From: Oopsacas minuta
Taxonomy: Eukaryota; Animalia; Porifera
Assembly (NCBI GenBank): GCA_024704765.1
Contig: JAKMXF010000099.1
Coordinates: 734,419 to 798,418, forward strand
Direction of reading: 5' to 3'
DNA length: 64,000 nucleotides
Below, piece after piece: positions 25,950 through 39,800 of the stretch (positions are counted from its first letter, which is position 1; each line of letters starts with the position of its first letter). Made by a program: the position numbers and the translations under genes. A model generated the notes under the pieces. It ran no database searches and was not told where the DNA came from. It saw only the letters and a program-made list of their open reading frames with translations.

Positions 25950-26750
25950 ACTCACACTAATTCAGACAGACATACCCTATTAATGATCTGTACTCCTATT
26001 TTGGATCTTTAGAAGCAGTGATAAAACTATCATCAGTCCCAACTGAAAGCGGCCCGGTTAAGTACGTTTAAGTATATACAAACACCCAGCCTCACAAAGG
26101 GGCTCCACATGAAAGCATAACCAATTCGCGCACATGCTACAACTTTATGCAATCTCACATTCATCAGTAAAGTTATCAAGCTACAATAGAATATAATGTA
26201 TCAGAGTGCTCCAGACCATTTTGATGCTAGAACTTGTGGTATATTTCCTCAAGTTTTCTACCATCATAAATGGGGTCACATTCTAACTGGACATCCAATT
26301 GTTCATGAATATACACAGGATGGATAATTCAGTTGTTAGGGTTAATTTCATTTGCAACAATTGGCACGACATCTATCGGAGCTAATGCACCTATCATGTT
26401 CAACGTTACAGGATAGAGCTGGGTATAGACCCCTGCATCACCATAAACATGCTATAAATGAAATTCGTTGCAGAATTTTATATACGAGTTTATTGGTGAG
26501 TGATGTATAATAATGAATTATGTCCACGTAGTGACAGACTTTCCCTATTCGGTAAAATAGCTTCGGTACAGAATCTAATTGATTGGGCCAGATTTCACCT
26601 CATGGGGAGAGTAAATTTATTCATCGAAGCACTTCCCAAATTGTCAATAAAATTTCTTGGTAACCTAGTAATTTCACCTAAAATACAACTCCTATCAGAT
26701 ACTCCAATAGAATTGTCATTGCTCGTAGGCACACGTTCATTACTATATTC
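25950..26750 (-). pseudogene. Possible hAT (ZMYM-type) transposase relic
   Basis: Weak motifs IRFC...LSLRGH and IVANEI...HEQL resemble LxLRGH and ADETxD...EQL; heavily decayed. Confidence 0.35.
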
Positions 26751-26880
26751 AATCTGAACAAGGCATCATGCTTAACTCGAAAATCTTGAACATTTTTCTC
26801 TCACTCACAGAGTCATCAGTTACCAATCCTCTTTATAAAAGCATAGTATATACAAAGAGTGAGAGGAATTGGCCCGAGTA

Positions 26881-28211
26881 TCAGGGCGTTCAATAAGTCT
26901 TGCGGGTCATGATATATCTCAGGAATTAGTCAAGTAATATATCTAACTTTCATATATTATAAGCCCTTATAGGTAAACTCCACATACTGAAAGTTTCAAG
27001 CTCATTCAATACAAATTATGAATTTTTGAGATAATTACGTGTATTCAATTCATACCCACTGTTGAATTTATGCCTTCAGAGGATGATAATTTCAACCTCA
27101 AATGGCGAGCTTACATAGAGTTTCGCACAAAACTCAAAATCCAGGCTGTATAGATCATTAGCTAGGTACAGGAGATACTGTGCGTGGATTGTCATTCCAG
27201 ATTTACCGTAGAGCGATTGGCTGCCCGTTGTAGGTTTGGTGATGCTGATGTCACAGATTTGCCTCGGATTTGGAAGACTGGTTTCCGCCACCATTTCAGA
27301 GAATATATCACTCATTGAAAGTATGATCATGGAAGACAAGTGCATTAGTGTCAATCAGTTAGAACAATGTATGGAGATTTCATCGTGAGCTATTCATACA
27401 ATTCTGACGACTGAGCTTGGCTACCGATCGATTTGTGGGAAATGGGCCCCGTGTAAGTTCAGTGAGAATCAGAGGTTGGCACGACTGAATATTGCCAAGA
27501 AACTCTTCGAAACTTATGAGAACTGCGATTCTAGACGCCTAACAGAGATTATTACTTGTGACGAGACGTGGGTGTACTTTTCAACACCATATATCAAGTA
27601 TAAGAAGCGGTCATGGGTGAGGGGCAACGAACAACCGGCGAAAATTCCTAGGCCCGACTTCAGAAAACCTAAGATCATGTATACCATCTTCTTCAGTAGT
27701 CATGGAATTGTCTTACAATTACCTTGTGAGTGTGGCAAAGCTGTTACTGCTACTTTCTTTATAGAGCAAGTGCTTCCAAACCTGACTAAAATATAGAAAA
27801 GTACCACCCGAAAACCGGAACTCGAGGAATGAAGATTGTTAATTGATAATGCAAGTTCCCATTTAGCTAAGCTAACCAAAGGTTTCTTGTATCTTGAAGA
27901 GTTAGAACTACTTCCCCATCCTCCAGACTCTTCAGACCTAGCTCCGTGTGATTTTTGGCTATCCCCCAGGCTTAAAATCAACCTTAGGGTAGAAATTGTA
28001 ACACATTACAAGTCGCAACGGGTCTGTACCACTACTTCAAATCCATCCCCAAAGAAGAGTACAGAAATGTCTTTTATAAGCAGGTGGAAAGGTTAAAACT
28101 TTGTGTATCTGCAGGAGGGGATTATTTGGGATAAATATTGTGGTGAATTCGTGTGTATAGTGTTTGTACCCTGTTCTATGATATCACCCGAGGACTTACT
28201 GAACGCCCTAG
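26881..28211 (+). mobile_element. Mariner (DD34D) family A, copy 3, full length, defective
   Basis: TA|TCAGGGCGTTCAATAAGTCTTGCGGG ... GACTTACTGAACGCCCTAG|TA; same broken ORFs as copy 1. Confidence 0.95.
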
Positions 28212-28369
28212 TATCTTGTGAAAATGAACTAATGAGATCCAGGCAATAAGGCAAATGTTTCTCCTTGATTTAGAAACACCATTGATATAATACTTTTTTA
28301 ACTATCACGCCATTATTGGCTCCTTTCTTCCAACCACCATAAACCACGATTTTCAAACCTCTAGACTTC

Positions 28370-31300
28370 TGAACTCATCTCTTAGAGGCACATCAAGTTG
28401 ACCGTGACTGAATATGGCTTCCTGTGGGGGAAAAAATACTAACAGTCTCCAAAATCTGACCTGACCTTCTTTATAATGCTGCAGAAAGCAGTTTGGATTG
28501 GCAAGTGTCTCCACTTCAAAGTAAACGGGAATCCAGAATCGTGCGAAGTAACGAGTGGTATGCGAAGAATGAATACTCTACTCCCCACATAACTACCTGT
28601 GACTACCCAGCATTAATATGACGTTTGGTAGCCGATCTTATGATTAAGCGAGCGCCATTAGACCAACCCTGAGTAAATCGTAAGAGAATGATGGACGCTT
28701 AATGTTTAAGGTTCAGTATTAAGGAGGCATACCATTAGGACTCAAAGGAATCAATTACTCTGTTGGTATATGGATACAGTGTGTTCGGAAATTATTGGGA
28801 CTGATTATAAATGTATTCTACTATGAATTCATGACTCGTAGAGATTTCTCGTTTTAACACTAAGTTAAAATACGTATAGTTGAAGAAATACTAGCATTAT
28901 TATCACATTCTATCAATAATTAATTTTTTTCCCAGCATTGTCTAAACACAATCTAATTCTTTTGGGCATTGAAGTGCAAAAGGGACGAGAAAGTCTGGAT
29001 CAAATGTTGCCCATATGTCCTGAATTGCCTGTTTTAGTTGGCTTACAGGTTTAGGATGAAGTATAATCAACCTCCTTTTCAAAACTGCCCACAGATTCTC
29101 AATGGGCGCTAGGTCTGGACTATTTGGCGGCCAATCAATTCTAAGGGGGACGAACTCCGTCTTCCACCCTTAGCTGCTCTGCCAGTGTGCACAGGGCTGT
29201 TATCCTCCCGTAAAACCCAGCTATTTCCTTATTTTGCGTTAGCCTCCTCAATAAGACACTCGCGAAGAGTGGAAATATACACCACCTGATTGAAATTTTC
29301 TGGGAAAATCCTCAGATGTGTAGTCCCCATTATCGAAATTCCACCCCAAAGATGAACTTTAGATGGATGCCTGAAGGTAGGCAGATGAACCGTTTGTCCC
29401 TTTTTAATCCACAGGTTGACTCTTCCAGAGTCAAGCCAAACTGAACATTCATCAGTAAAGAAGGTCTTACTCCAGTCAAAACACTTTATTTCTTTACACC
29501 AGGCTATTCTTTTGGATACATGGAGGTCGGTGAGTGCTGGAACTCGGACAGCCCGCTTGCTGACAAAGTTTTGCCTCTTTACTTGAGTATGAAGAGTACT
29601 TATGGATACAGGAGAGCTCAATCTCGGTAGTATAGAACGTAGAGAGGTCCTCGGATTGCTTTGATACGAAGCAGCTATCCTTCTTTTGTCATTTGCATTG
29701 ATTTTTGAAGGACGACCAGCACCCCTTTTGTGCTGAAGGCTTTTATATCTTTTATCAGATTCAAGACACGATATACAGTCTGCTTAGGTATACTTGTTCG
29801 CTGGCAGATATCCACTCCTTTGGTAATTCCTACATTGTATAGTATCTCTATTTGATTTCTACGCTGTTGTTGGGTAGAGTGCATGTGCATTGTACAAAAT
29901 ATGCGTCTTAGATGACGGAAATGGGGTCTCGAAATATATATAGGTATATTTGCTTGGGAATCACAATATTTCAGCCAAACAAACGAAATATTATGTGAAA
30001 TAGCGAATCTATTGGTTTTCTAACAATTATAGGAAGTGTATATATACAGTAAGGTAAATGGTTGTATAATATGTGCATAACCTGATATCCTTCATGGTGA
30101 TTCAAGTTAATCATGAAAAGTCCCAATAATTTCCGGACATACTGTACCTGGCATCCTCAACATTATTAACACTTTGAAAAGCTACCGCATCACCAGATAT
30201 CAATCCCAACAAGTACTTATTGCCACATCAAAGGTCTAATTTGGGAGACATGATAATGTGCTGACACATGAACCCTATGTCTTGATAATTGACCACGATT
30301 TCACCATAAACTGAGAATACCAAGCCAGATATATCACTCCTAGCAACATCAAACATTGAGTCGATGAGTATCATTTGATTCTCATCCTTGGGTCTGTGCC
30401 TTCCTCTACCCATATTTAGAGGTTAGAAAATTCACTCAAAATGAGAGGAAAATTTCCACTGACACATGTAAATGGTATGAGGCATAACCTTAACATAACT
30501 CCAGAGAAGCGATCGATTCAAGCAGGCTGAAATAACATCATCTGCTCAACAGTTTAATCACTGGCAGGATTTGTCGAATGTCGCCTCCAAACACAACAAC
30601 CTTTCCCTCGAATGGTAAATCGGAAGAGCAGAGATCCCGTAATGTACGATCCATAACCTAGAAACATGCTTGTCTGCCATAGGAGCCTCATCCCAAAACA
30701 AGTGCGTTACGCTCTGGATAAGTTGAGCTAGAGAACTCTTCTTAGTGATGTTACATACAGAATGCCCATTGATTGAGAGAAGAACTTTCCGTCGAGAGAA
30801 TTTACAGTCCTACCACCACAAAAATGAGAGTCGCTATTTCAGAAGAAGCCATAGCTATGGCAATATCCTCTTTTGAACTGACCTTAGCCAACAGGATATT
30901 GTATAGATCATTATGCCTATACCACCAAGCTCATTAATTAAGGACACCCTAGTGCAAATCTCGTGTTGTATAAACGTATATTCCATAACCCTTTCAAAGA
31001 TTCTCATTTGGTCCGCATTAAGGAGATGAACTTTGTGAAGCTCATATTCCAACTGAACACCGAGACAAAGATCTAGCTCATCCTAGGTTACTTTAGGTTC
31101 TTCGTAGCGGTAATAAATATTTCAAGGTATGGGCATACATGAACAATCCGCTAATGACTTCCCTTGCAGTTGCATGCCCTCCTGGATATCCAATATCTTC
31201 CAACTACTATCTTATCATCTAATTGGATACTCGGAACGTGTAGCTAACCTGATTAAGAAAGTCTTCCGCTAAAGAGGCCTTATGGGATTCCCATAGGGCT

Positions 31301-31900
31301 AATGGAACGGTTGGGATATTGAATATGAGAATAGTGGAGAATAGATTCCGCATCTTCGGGGTTAGTAGAAACAGCCGCATCCGTCAAATACTCATCCAAT
31401 TCTTTCACGTTCTCCAGGATGTGCAGCATATATGTGCTCAATCATGGCGCCATGTCCTTTTACTCTAAAATTCCATACCTGCTTAGGCTTACTCGAACAA
31501 ACTCATTAGGAAGATTCTTATGAGTTACATCCTCGCACAGGTAAGAGTTCGATCTGCAAGGAACCATCCTGTCAGAGTCGTACTCTTTGTCTACTGAATA
31601 CATCCTCGAGATCATACTGCCCAGATGAATAGACTGTCTGGCGATCCCTGATATGCATAGTTCACCTTAACATGTATAGCATATTGGCATAGATTTCATG
31701 TCCAAAGATACGATAACACGCCTCGACAGCAGACACATACCTACCCTCTAATTACTCTTAGCTCTTAGCTTCATTCACTTATTTAGATAGAGCAGCACTA
31801 CATTCCAGCCACCGGACCTGAATTCCATAATAGCTCTATCATGATATTCACAGGTGTCTTTAGAGTACCTGTATCACCATCAAAGATGCTGATATGAAAC
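28370..31900 (-). mobile_element. Helitron RepHel (PIF1-like helicase) relic, split by the Tc1 at 28777-30144
   Basis: Minus strand: EACYRIFGHEI, LNADQMRIF, DIAIAMASS...GGRTV, WDEAPM...LRDL...[14 protein letters not shown]. Left of the Tc1: YPTE...PNGMPP...LLR...NGARL...RIPL...FPF. Confidence 0.88.
28777..30144 (-). mobile_element. Tc1-like (DD34E) transposon, 1368 bp, defective
   Basis: TA|CAGTGTGTTCGGAAATTATTGGGAC ... TCCCAATAATTTCCGGACATACTG|TA. FTDECSVWL, REDNSPVH, WPPNSPDLAPIE; one in-frame stop plus frameshifts. Confidence 0.92.
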
Positions 31901-32794
31901 TATTCTAATAGATATTTGAATTCTACGGGTGTGAATACTACAAGTATGAATATTTCGAATTATTTAGATCAAATCTTGTTGAAATATTATCATTTTCATA
32001 ATGTCCCAAATGCGGCAGAAGTGACACACGTCAACAACATGTGCGCCAATTAGTATGTGGACGAAAATGTGACAAAATAGATTTATCTCCGAGTATATAA
32101 ATATTTGTAAGTCAGTTTTCAGAATCTCAAATGATTTTCATAATGTATTCCATCCTTGTGGCATTATTCTAGTGATGTGCCACTTCTATCACTTGTGGCA
32201 TGATTATGAAATAAAAATATGTTAACAAGATTTGCTATAAAGAATCCAAAATAGTCATACTAGGGTAATACAGACCCAGAGGATTAAAATATGCTATCAG
32301 AACTGTCCCACCTCATTTGAATTTGAGCAATATCTACAATTGAATATTTAATTAGCTCATTAAGTATTTAATTAGTCAGCCACGCCTCTAAAATTTATAT
32401 TTTAATACTATTCATCGATTTAGTCAGGACCATCTTAACTAGCATTGTCAGAGATTAGTTCTTTCAGATGTAGTATCATATGCATATTCAATATTCACTA
32501 TTCCCAGAATTGGTAAAAGGTATATGTAGTAGTGTGCAGGTACTATGTCTGCGTAGTGTATATACGTATATACGTATATATTTATATATTCCGAATTGAT
32601 TGAGGCAACTGGAAGACCTCCAGGGCTGATTTTTGGAATTTAGGGGTATTTGGGATCTGGCTTCAAGAAGTTCGAGTCTTGGACGAAAATTCACACTTAT
32701 GACAAAATTATGAATAAATTTGTGGCGATATTACAATGATATTGTTGCAACGTTGAATCATCATTAAGAACGGAATTTTAGTCTGCGAAGTCAT

Positions 32795-35249
32795 TAGGGT
32801 TTTTAATCCCGGGATCCCGGGATCCCGTAGGTTATTGTTTCGGGACTAATTCCCTGGATTGTTTCTTCAATCCCGGGATATCTTCTTGATTGCATATTGA
32901 CATGCTCTATGATCATTATGTACATTTGTGTAATTGCGTTGAAATGATTTAGGGATTTAATTGGTTTCATATTGTTAATACTGAATGAAATATGTTTTCA
33001 ATATGAATAAGACACCAAAATTAATAAATGCTTAACAAGTCAGAGGATTCAAACAAACTTGTAAGCCACCACTCAACCATTCTAACTATTCAAACTTCAA
33101 ATATAAGGTGAATCGTCAGAAAAGCCTCAATTTCATTCTAAATCGTAATTGTTGCATTATCGTTATATCGTACCTAGAATGGCTGGAAAAGTTATGTTTC
33201 AAGAGTTTGCAGGATCTAAAATTGGAACCATTTTAGCGCTCGGTATGTGGGAAATTAGCTGAGTGTAATTCCTGTAAAAAGGTACTTAAATGCGAAGGGG
33301 ATCAACAAAGGGGCTACACAATCATCTTAAATCACAGCACCAAATTGATTTTTTGAAACGCTCAAATAATGAAGAAAGTGCTATCTCACATACGTGTGCG
33401 GTTAGGAAATTAGATTATTACATGAACTACGCTAGCCTACCAGCTGTGTTAGCCAGGATGACAGCTTGCGATGGGCTTTCATTTAATATATTTACTACAA
33501 CAATGGACTTGAGAAAATCTCTTGCTGCACTAGGACATTCACTACCAAGATCTGTTGTCGGAATAAGAGATCAAGTGCTAGAATATGGTCAGCAATTACG
33601 CCAAGATACTACCAGAAATCTAAGCATTATTAAATCAAAAGGTCAATATTTCAGTCTTACCCTTGATGAATGGACATCCTTGCAAAACAAAAGATATCTC
33701 AATATTAATATACATGGCATTGGGTTCTTTTGGAACTTAGGATTGGTAAGGATTAAGGGAAGATTTTTCCAGAGGCTTGTTCCAAGATAATCTCACTTAA
33801 ACTAAAAGAATTTAGAATAGAATTCGAAACAGATGTCATTTCTATCACAACAGACGGGTGTTCAATGATGAAGAAGTTGGGGAAAATAATACCCACAAGT
33901 CAGCAGTTATGCTACGCACATGCACTCCAGCTTGTAATACAAGACGTTATCTATCAAAAACAACTTAGTGAAACTGAAGAAATTTATTCTAGTACAAGTG
34001 AAACCGATGAAGATATGGAAATGTTTGATGATTTTAATGATGATGGATTCATTGTTTCGGAATCGATGGACCCTCAGAATGCTCTTGCATTAAATTTTGA
34101 CATCTCCAAAATAGTAACCAAAGTACATAGAATTGTGAAAATATTCAAGCGATCACCTTTGAAGAATGAAACAATGCAAACGTATGTGAAAGAGATTTAT
34201 CCAAATGGGCTGAATGTGGTTCTTGATTGTAAGACTCGATGGAGCTCACTTGTGAATGTGCTCGAGAGGATAATTCAGATCAAATTACCAATACATAAAG
34301 CTCTGTTAGATTTTGGTGAACATACGTATATGCCTTAGCGACCAAGAAATTGCGGCTATCTCTTCTATAGTTGAAGCTTTGAATCCAATTAAGATTGCTT
34401 TAGAAGCTCTATGTAGAAGAGATACAAGTTTAATTACAACAGAAGCAACTATAAAATTTCTATTGGAAGATATTCAGAAATCTAACACACATTATCATGC
34501 ACAAATCTTGGAGGCACTAAGCCAGCGGATGGTTCAAGAGAGGTACACTGAAGTTTCAGCGATACTTCAATACCTACATAATCCTTCGGCACGACTTGTA
34601 AAAAGGACTGTAGTAAACACATTTTGTGCTGATTTGTTATCAAGAACTCGAAGGAAAGGAATTGAAAATGAGGAACATATGAGTGAAGAAGTATCAATGG
34701 TACCTTACTCACCTAATACGGCTGAAAGCATATCTGACCTAGATGATATCTCCCTCGCAAAAAGATTACAATTAGCGATAGACGCATCGATGAAAAAGCC
34801 AGAAGATATACAAGTTCAACAATCATTATTCAATATATTGAAATATGAACTTACTATTGGAAAACAGACAGGAAAACGAGGATATCAAATGCTACTAACA
34901 ATACCTGCAACCTCAGTCGAAGCGGAACGAGCATTTTCTTGTTCGGCGTATTTATGTAGCAAAATTTAGAACAAGACTCAGTGATAGCACTTTGGATACG
35001 CTAGCATTCATAAGGGCCAATAAGAAAAAATTGATGACAAACTAAAAACTTATTATTCACTCATATTCATCTTGTCCCCCTATGTACCCCTATATTATAC
35101 TTTCATTCTATCAGACTATCATATAATTAAACAAATTTAAAAATTGCTAGAGAGATAACTATCATCATTTATCAAGGGATTCCCGGAAATTTCTGGGATC
35201 CCGGGATTTTAAATATGGAAATCCCGAAATCCCGGGATTAAAAACCCTA
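32795..35249 (+). mobile_element. hAT transposon (2455 bp) with BED-finger transposase pseudogene
   Basis: 21-bp perfect TIR TAGGGTTTTTAATCCCGGGAT and perfect 8-bp TSD GAAGTCAT. Motifs CNSC...LHNHLKSQH, SLTLDEW, CYAHALQL, TRWSS and PATSVEAERAFS, spread over several frames. Confidence 0.96.
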
Positions 35250-36782
35250 GAAGTCATGTTATACTAGATTCTAAGATTTTCATATCTCTCTCCTACTTGT
35301 GCCATAAATATCACAAGTGATCCATTTTTAGATATCATTACTCGGTTGAAAAATGTCCAAATGTATGGAAAAATGGGTTTTAGACACGGACTATTTGAAT
35401 ATAGGACTGTACATTGCCAGCTCAGGTTTTGGAACTTGGGTCAATTGTGTTGTTTTGATGTTCTTAATCCGCTGAAGTTAGACTACGTAAATGTATTATC
35501 TTTTGTTAGGAAGTCATATGTTGGCAATCGATCGGTCATGTTGCCCTACCCAAAATATTTGTGAGATGTGAGTTATTTTGTTTTCACACCTTTCAACATT
35601 ATTTTGATAATTTCTATTATTGCTTCAATTTGAGCTACACATGAGAAATGTGTAACGACTCATATTTCATTACCACATAGCCTACCATGAATAAGACCTC
35701 ATAGTAACATAGTACTAGGGATGTTGTTGTTCAAGTTATTAACGGGGAATCTGCAATTAGTCGACTTTGTAGGTTTTGCCAAAGGTTTCATCGAGTCTGA
35801 GACTACACATATTCAAGCTGTGAAATATTCACTGAGCATTCTTTTTTATTTATAAATACGAGTGTATATTATCCACATTTTATATATCTTAATGAGTATT
35901 CATTCGACACTGCATTCATCATCACATTTCAAATTGCATCATGGAATATACTCACGGAAATTATGAACATAAAAGTGGAATGGAGTTTGATTGGATTATA
36001 GCTGAGTTGCCGCGAACTTTTTTACATGATATTTCTCTTGGTATCTATACCCCTCTCGATCATTTTTGAGATTAACTCAGCAAGCAATTTAGAGTTAGAC
36101 TAACAGTGTTGGCATATCAGGTCAATCGAGGAAGTTTCTTGTTGGTACACTCATAATGAGTATATATACATTGCTATGATACATAGTTGGTTCGAAGAAT
36201 GACGTGAAATTGTATCAAATTTACTTTTACATTTTCTTATCTTTACACCGACGTGATCACCAAACTTCCTCAGATATGCATATTTCCCCTCATTGCTCAC
36301 TTTTACCATCTGTGATCAAAGCATGCTCCCTGTTTGTCATGCGTTGTGTGTAACATGACTCAATTTTGCCCAACAAATTATAGAATTTGAATATTTTATC
36401 ACAGTTACTCTTCATTATGCTAAATCTCCCCACTAAATTGAGAATTGATCTAAAGTATTATTGAAATGTTATCTTAGATAGAAACATAGCATTCTATACA
36501 TTAAGGCAATTGCGCGTATAAAAATATTTGAAGCAGGTATTGGTTAGATAATTAAAGAAATGCTTATGATATAGATTGACTTTTGTGAATATTCGGTAAT
36601 AACAACTAGATTTATCACCCTTATCATTAGTTTAGAATAACTTTGAAGTATATTAAGGCAGTTTAATATATTTTTACACTTTTTTACAAAGGAAGGATGA
36701 TTAAAATACATATAAATAATAATAATAATATAACAAGCAATAACAATGCTGTAGAATGTATTGTAGTATTCATTGAGATATA

Positions 36783-36913
36783 CAGTGGAACCTCCATAAG
36801 CAGGGACTCTCTTAAAAGCGTGGCGTAAGATAGGATTCAACTACATCAATTCTCAAGTAAATGAACCTCTGAAATCGGGGCCCCCAATCTCCCCACTCCT
36901 GGAGGTTCCACTA
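36783..36913. mobile_element. ~130-bp pogo/Tigger-like MITE
   Basis: TA|CAGTGGAACCTCC ... GGAGGTTCCACTA|TA. Confidence 0.75.
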
Positions 36914-36999
36914 TAGTATTTCTTGAAATAGATAGATTCTGTTCTCGCCTAGCTGTCATAGCTGCGCGTCTTAACTAGTTGGTGATTCGCTCATCGTCT

Positions 37000-39800
37000 A
37001 GTTTTAGTGAAGCTATAAACTTTAGCTCTATTTAAGTTGAATATCTAGAAGATCAAGAAGATTTAGTAAGCAAATTTCTTAGTTTGGTATTATCGCGACC
37101 AATTACAGTGGTATTAAAATTCTTTACTTTCTTAGATAAAATGCAATTTGCTACATAGTTAGGACAGATTGATAGACACTTTGTAATGGATATTTAAGGG
37201 AACTTCCATCAAGCAGATCAATTAATGAAAATCTTGTATAGTTATTAATTTGAATATCTTTTGGACTGAACATTTGGAGGATTGTTTAAAATACTGCATA
37301 TCCGGCTACATAATTAGGCATTTAAGTTGAGAGTTATCAAATAGGGGGTTTGATATTAAGCATCTCATCTGTAAAAGATTCTATATCAATTTCTAAGTGT
37401 CTTTCTTCGTTTTTTCATCTTCAAAAAATCTTAAATATTCTTTAATACATATCGCATCGGAACCAGTTTGTTCAATATACAGAAATTAATGAAGGTTCGA
37501 TAACTGATGTTTACGCTCACTCTCTAAAATTTGACAATTGGATATGTTATAATGGGAGCCAGACATCTGACGATGAAGACGAAAGTGGTGTTCTAATGGG
37601 TCGTTTTGTATTCGAGATGGCAGCAAATATTCATAACCACATTCTAGTGTTAATCTTGAAATTAAGAGTGGAAGAGCGAGACATGTGTGTCTTAAACTGG
37701 TAAATGTTTGAGGTGTAAGCTTTCACCTAGTTGATAGAATAGCTCTCTAACAATCTAGCCATTTAACAATGTTTTCAAATATAATAATCTTTCGTCGTTA
37801 TGGCACAGTGGGACTAGATATAGATAATTAAAGCGAATGTCTTTCCCTACCCAATTTACATTGAAAATGCTCCAGATGGTGTTTATCAAGTTGAGAAAAT
37901 CAACCGTTTGATGGGTTTACCAATGTTAGTATGATTAATAAAACTAAACAGACCTGCAGCTGTAGATTCATAAAAAAATTTTCAAAGCTGAGTTTACATT
38001 TTTGTCGTTCTAATTGAGATGGCCAACATGATTTTGATGTCAATTTGGGGGCTCTTAATGACAGAAAATTTGTCAGCCTTAAACAGGCTCCGAAGATCGT
38101 CAAATGCTGCGTAACATATTGCGGGATAACTAGACTTCGTCATTTGAGTGGTATTCAGAATTATGTTGACAGTAGGTACAGAAATTCTTAACTGAGCGCA
38201 AGATGGATATACGGATTGAGTTAGTAAATCTATCGCACAGTCATCAAACTTGGGATATATAAAGTTTTCTCATAATGTTTTAAATTTCGTCAATTAATAC
38301 GAATTGACTTAATTATGTTTACAATATCAAGAAATGATATAAAATATTGCTTTGGATTCGAAGGATGTATAACCTTGGTGTGCAATGTTTTCCCGTCATC
38401 AGAAAATAATTATAGATGCTGACATTTAAAGAGTAGTTGTCAGTACAAATTGCTTCGACGAAGAGACCGCAAGTCTCGATATCATTTATAGCTTTGGTAA
38501 TTATCTGATGTAAATAAACAGCAGAGGAATAACCCCAAGGTATGAGACGCACTATGGTTGAAAACTTTCTCATTAAACTTGAAATCATCAACGAAAAGAC
38601 AATTATCGGACGATCGTTAGGATTATCAATAGATCCAAAAGTTTTACCTCCTTTATATGGTATATCACTACGTATATGTACTTCATCCATTTGAAGTATC
38701 ACAAGGCGTTCACTGTCACTAAACTTAGGGGTTATTTCCTTAAGAATTCGAAAGTAGTCACCATCTATCCCCAGAGCGTTTTTATATGAAACAAGTTTCG
38801 CTCATGTGGTAAAATTAAACAATTAGGCGACTGTATATTTCTATAACAAGCTGGTGATAATCCGTGAATTTTAAATGAAAACACTTGAGTTAAAACATCA
38901 TACCGTTGATTATTATTTGAAAGAATCGCATTTGTCAGGCGTCCTACAATAAAATACAATAAATTTTCATAGATTCAGTGCACGAGAAAACGTTGTCAGT
39001 TATATCTAGATCATGTGACTCAAATTCAACCCTGGTTAATTGCGCTTTTTAACTGATCGATAGCTACTTTTATATGGGTGTCAATTGAAAGTTCAGAGGT
39101 GGTGCGCTCACTATGTGTTGGTGTGGCAAATTTATCTACTTCATTAAGTGAACTCTCAATTTGGCGGGTGTCAGTAATCGAAATAGTTGAAATACAAATT
39201 GGACTGCTGTTAATACCAAATATTTTGATACACAAATCATGATCAATTGAAACTGAACGTTCGATGTTAGGTCCAGAATCAGCAATGACAATTTTCAAAA
39301 AATAAAGGATTGTTCTCGGAATAGTAAGAAATCCAACCGTTCCTGAGATCTATCAGATGTAACTTAGAAACAAGTTCAGAAAATGAATCAACAAGAAAAT
39401 TATCTATTGTTTCTTCGTTATCAGCTAAGTTCTGAGTGTAGACAGCTTCCATCTTAACTGTTCTTTGTCATCTTTTGAATTCTCTTTGGTTTTGAATTCA
39501 AGTCAGATAGGTAGGAAGGACAGTTGGGAAATATGTTTGGCACTGCATCTTTCTTTAGGGCACTCTGTCTAGGATGATAGTGACAGTTCGTAGTCCATCA
39601 AAATATTGGTGTATTCTCTCGATGTTATCTTCTCTGAAATAGTCCATGCATTCCTGAATATACAAATGGAATTTATATACGGTAGGGATATATATTAATA
39701 ATTCCAATAGAATGACTTCAATTATTTGTGGTCTTCATAATCCTTCCTTGGTCAAGGAATGGCTCTGAACCATAGTTTGCGTTATCGCACGTCATTGGTG
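37000..39800 (-). pseudogene. P-element superfamily (THAP9-like) transposase relic with THAP domain
   Basis: Minus strand: LKKDAVPNIF (THAP), MDEVHIRSDIPYKGGK...AICTDN, APKLT...LERQ, IQNDPLEHHF..RQMSG, YVAGYA. Confidence 0.85.

Noticed and set aside
28208-28211. CTAG as the Helitron 3' terminus
   Set aside because: It is part of the mariner family A 3' TIR seen in all three copies, and no preceding GC-rich hairpin was found.
37804-37810. CACAGTG as an RSS/Transib end
   Set aside because: It lies inside the P-element relic, with no partner end or nonamer; such a 7-mer is expected by chance.
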